IMG/VR virus record: IMGVR_UViG_3300020465_000091
Location: 1-25,054 of that record
Reading direction: 5' to 3' (one strand)
DNA length: 25,054 nucleotides
From: a virus
Lineage: Duplodnaviria; Caudoviricetes
Part shown: piece by piece, positions 23,687 to 25,054 of the stretch
How the letters are laid out: every line of letters begins with the position of its first letter
Numbering within the stretch: the stretch's first letter is position 1
Position numbers and translations under genes: made by a program
Notes under the pieces: generated by a model
Told to the model about the DNA's origin: nothing
What the model saw: the letters and a program-made list of their open reading frames with translations, nothing else
Databases searched by the model: none

Positions 23687-25054
23687 AATCCTCTTCCTCC
23701 TCAGTGAGAATACTGTTGACTAGTTCATTGAGATTAGGTTTTTCTTCCTCAATCTCATCTGTTTTGATATCGTAGGTGTTCTGATAGTAACTGGTCTTCC
23801 AACCATACTTATAGGTGGTTAAAAGATCCTGTGCCATTACAGAAACTGGAACTTCGTTATCTGGGTAGTGTTCTGGATTATAACTCCAGTTTCCACTAAT
23901 CGCTTGATCAAAGAATTTCTGCATAACAGCAACGACGTTGATATATCCCTTATTAGATGTCATATCCCATAAGAGAGTATAGTTATTCTTTAAGTGCTGA
24001 TATCCGGGTACTATTTGCTTGAGTGGCCCTTTCTTCGATTTCTTAATGGACAGATACCCTCTAGGTGGTTCGATTCCATTGGTTGCATTTGACACAACGG
24101 AACTGCTCTCCGAAGGCATTTGTGCCGACAATGTTGAGTTCCGTACTCCATATTCCATGATATCCACTCTAAGAGATTCCCAGTCATATTTTAAATTATT
24201 GGGAACAATTTCATCCACATCATGTTTATATGTATCAATCGGAAGAATTCCATTTCCATACTTAGTTCTGTCTGAGTATTTACACGCACCCTTTTCTTTT
24301 GCAAGATCGACAGTGGACTTAATTAAATAATATTGAAACGCTTCAGTAAGATCATGAACAAGTTCCCATGCCCTTTGATCTTCATACTTAACACCGTTCT
24401 TTGCAAGGTAATGTGCAAGTCCAATATATCCTACTCCTAGCGAACGACGTGCTTTTGTGGCAACCTCTGCAGCTCTGACTGGGTATTGCTGAAAATCAAT
24501 GAGTTCATCAAGACTGCGAACACTAAGATCACAAAGACTTTCGAGATCGGATAGATCACGTATCTTACCGATATTAACAGCAGAAAGAATGCAGAGAGCA
24601 ATTTCACCATTTTCATCGTCAATATGTTGTACAGGTTTAGTTGGTAAAGTAATCTCTTGACATAGATTGCTCATCTCTACCTTATCCACAAAGGATGAGT
24701 GAGAATTGCAATGGTCTATGTTCATTAAGTATATTCTACCAGTTTCGGCACGTTCCTTGAGAAGGTCAAGGATAAGTTCTTGTCCTCCAATAGTTTTTCT
24801 GGGGATTGATTCATCATTCTCATAGCGAGTATAAAGGTCATCAAACTCATCGGTACCAAAACTCTCGTATAAGCCAGGACAATCATGTGGGGAAAATAAG
24901 GAGACTTCCTTATCTTCGATAAACCTTTCATAGAATAACTTGCTTAGTTGGATACTGTAGTCGAGTTTTCTGACTCGGTTGTCTTCTGTTCCTTTGTTGT
25001 TTTTGAGGACGAGGATGTCTCTGATTTCTTGGTGCCAAATAGGGAAGTGGACAG
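23667..25054 (-). CDS. nrdA: Ribonucleotide reductase class Ia alpha subunit (5' end outside window)
   Basis: The frame is open from the window end (VHFPIWHQEIRDILVLKNNKGTEDNRVRKLDYSIQ...ERAETGRIYLMNIDH). Contains the SNLCQEI active site, MPSESSS, TSYYQ and C-terminal CESC. Confidence 0.97.
   Translation of the reverse strand, partial: VHFPIWHQEIRDILVLKNNKGTEDNRVRKLDYSIQLSKLFYERFIEDKEVSLFSPHDCPGLYESFGTDEFDDLYTRYENDESIPRKTIGGQELILDLLKERAETGRIYLMNIDHCNSHSSFVDKVEMSNLCQEITLPTKPVQHIDDENGEIALCILSAVNIGKIRDLSDLESLCDLSVRSLDELIDFQQYPVRAAEVATKARRSLGVGYIGLAHYLAKNGVKYEDQRAWELVHDLTEAFQYYLIKSTVDLAKEKGACKYSDRTKYGNGILPIDTYKHDVDEIVPNNLKYDWESLRVDIMEYGVRNSTLSAQMPSESSSVVSNATNGIEPPRGYLSIKKSKKGPLKQIVPGYQHLKNNYTLLWDMTSNKGYINVVAVMQKFFDQAISGNWSYNPEHYPDNEVPVSVMAQDLLTTYKYGWKTSYYQNTYDIKTDEIEEEKPNLNELVNSILTEEEEDCESCKL

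Noticed and set aside
22048-24622. Alternative-frame ORFs inside the GIY-YIG gene, nrdB and nrdA (22048, 22900, 24019, 24437)
   Set aside because: They are fully nested in well-supported genes and carry no recognisable motifs.
24725-24931. 68-aa ORF abutting the 352-aa nrdA ORF, suggesting a split, frameshifted or intron-containing nrdA
   Set aside because: The nrdA frame is open and RNR-like up to the window end. The track started at an internal ATG, and the 68-aa ORF is an off-frame shadow.

Overview
This AT-rich window looks like part of a T4-like marine cyanomyovirus genome, most likely a Prochlorococcus or Synechococcus phage. Host and taxon are inferred from talC, the class Ia nrdA/nrdB pair, TAAATA late promoters and gene style. 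Almost all genes are on the minus strand. From the right end the order is: nrdA (5'-truncated), nrdB, a GIY-YIG protein, small membrane and hypothetical genes, a thermonuclease-like gene, a plus-strand cassette of three exported proteins, talC, and a small outer-membrane beta-barrel gene behind a structured leader. A ~13 kb array (1-13.3 kb) of Gly/Ser/Thr-rich tail-fibre-like genes follows, two of them with Peptidase_S74 chaperone ends. The most notable signal is a 15-27 bp DNA motif (GAAAGACTTCGCATC..., encoding ERLRI). It recurs 13 times at module boundaries in four fibre genes and is conserved even at synonymous positions, which suggests a fibre-module shuffling system. Other signals are a 68-bp exact repeat 13 kb apart, a late promoter fused to the stop codon in front of most fibre genes, a four-way-junction RNA leader, and an exported-protein gene whose signal peptide has no normal start codon. 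No database searches were run.
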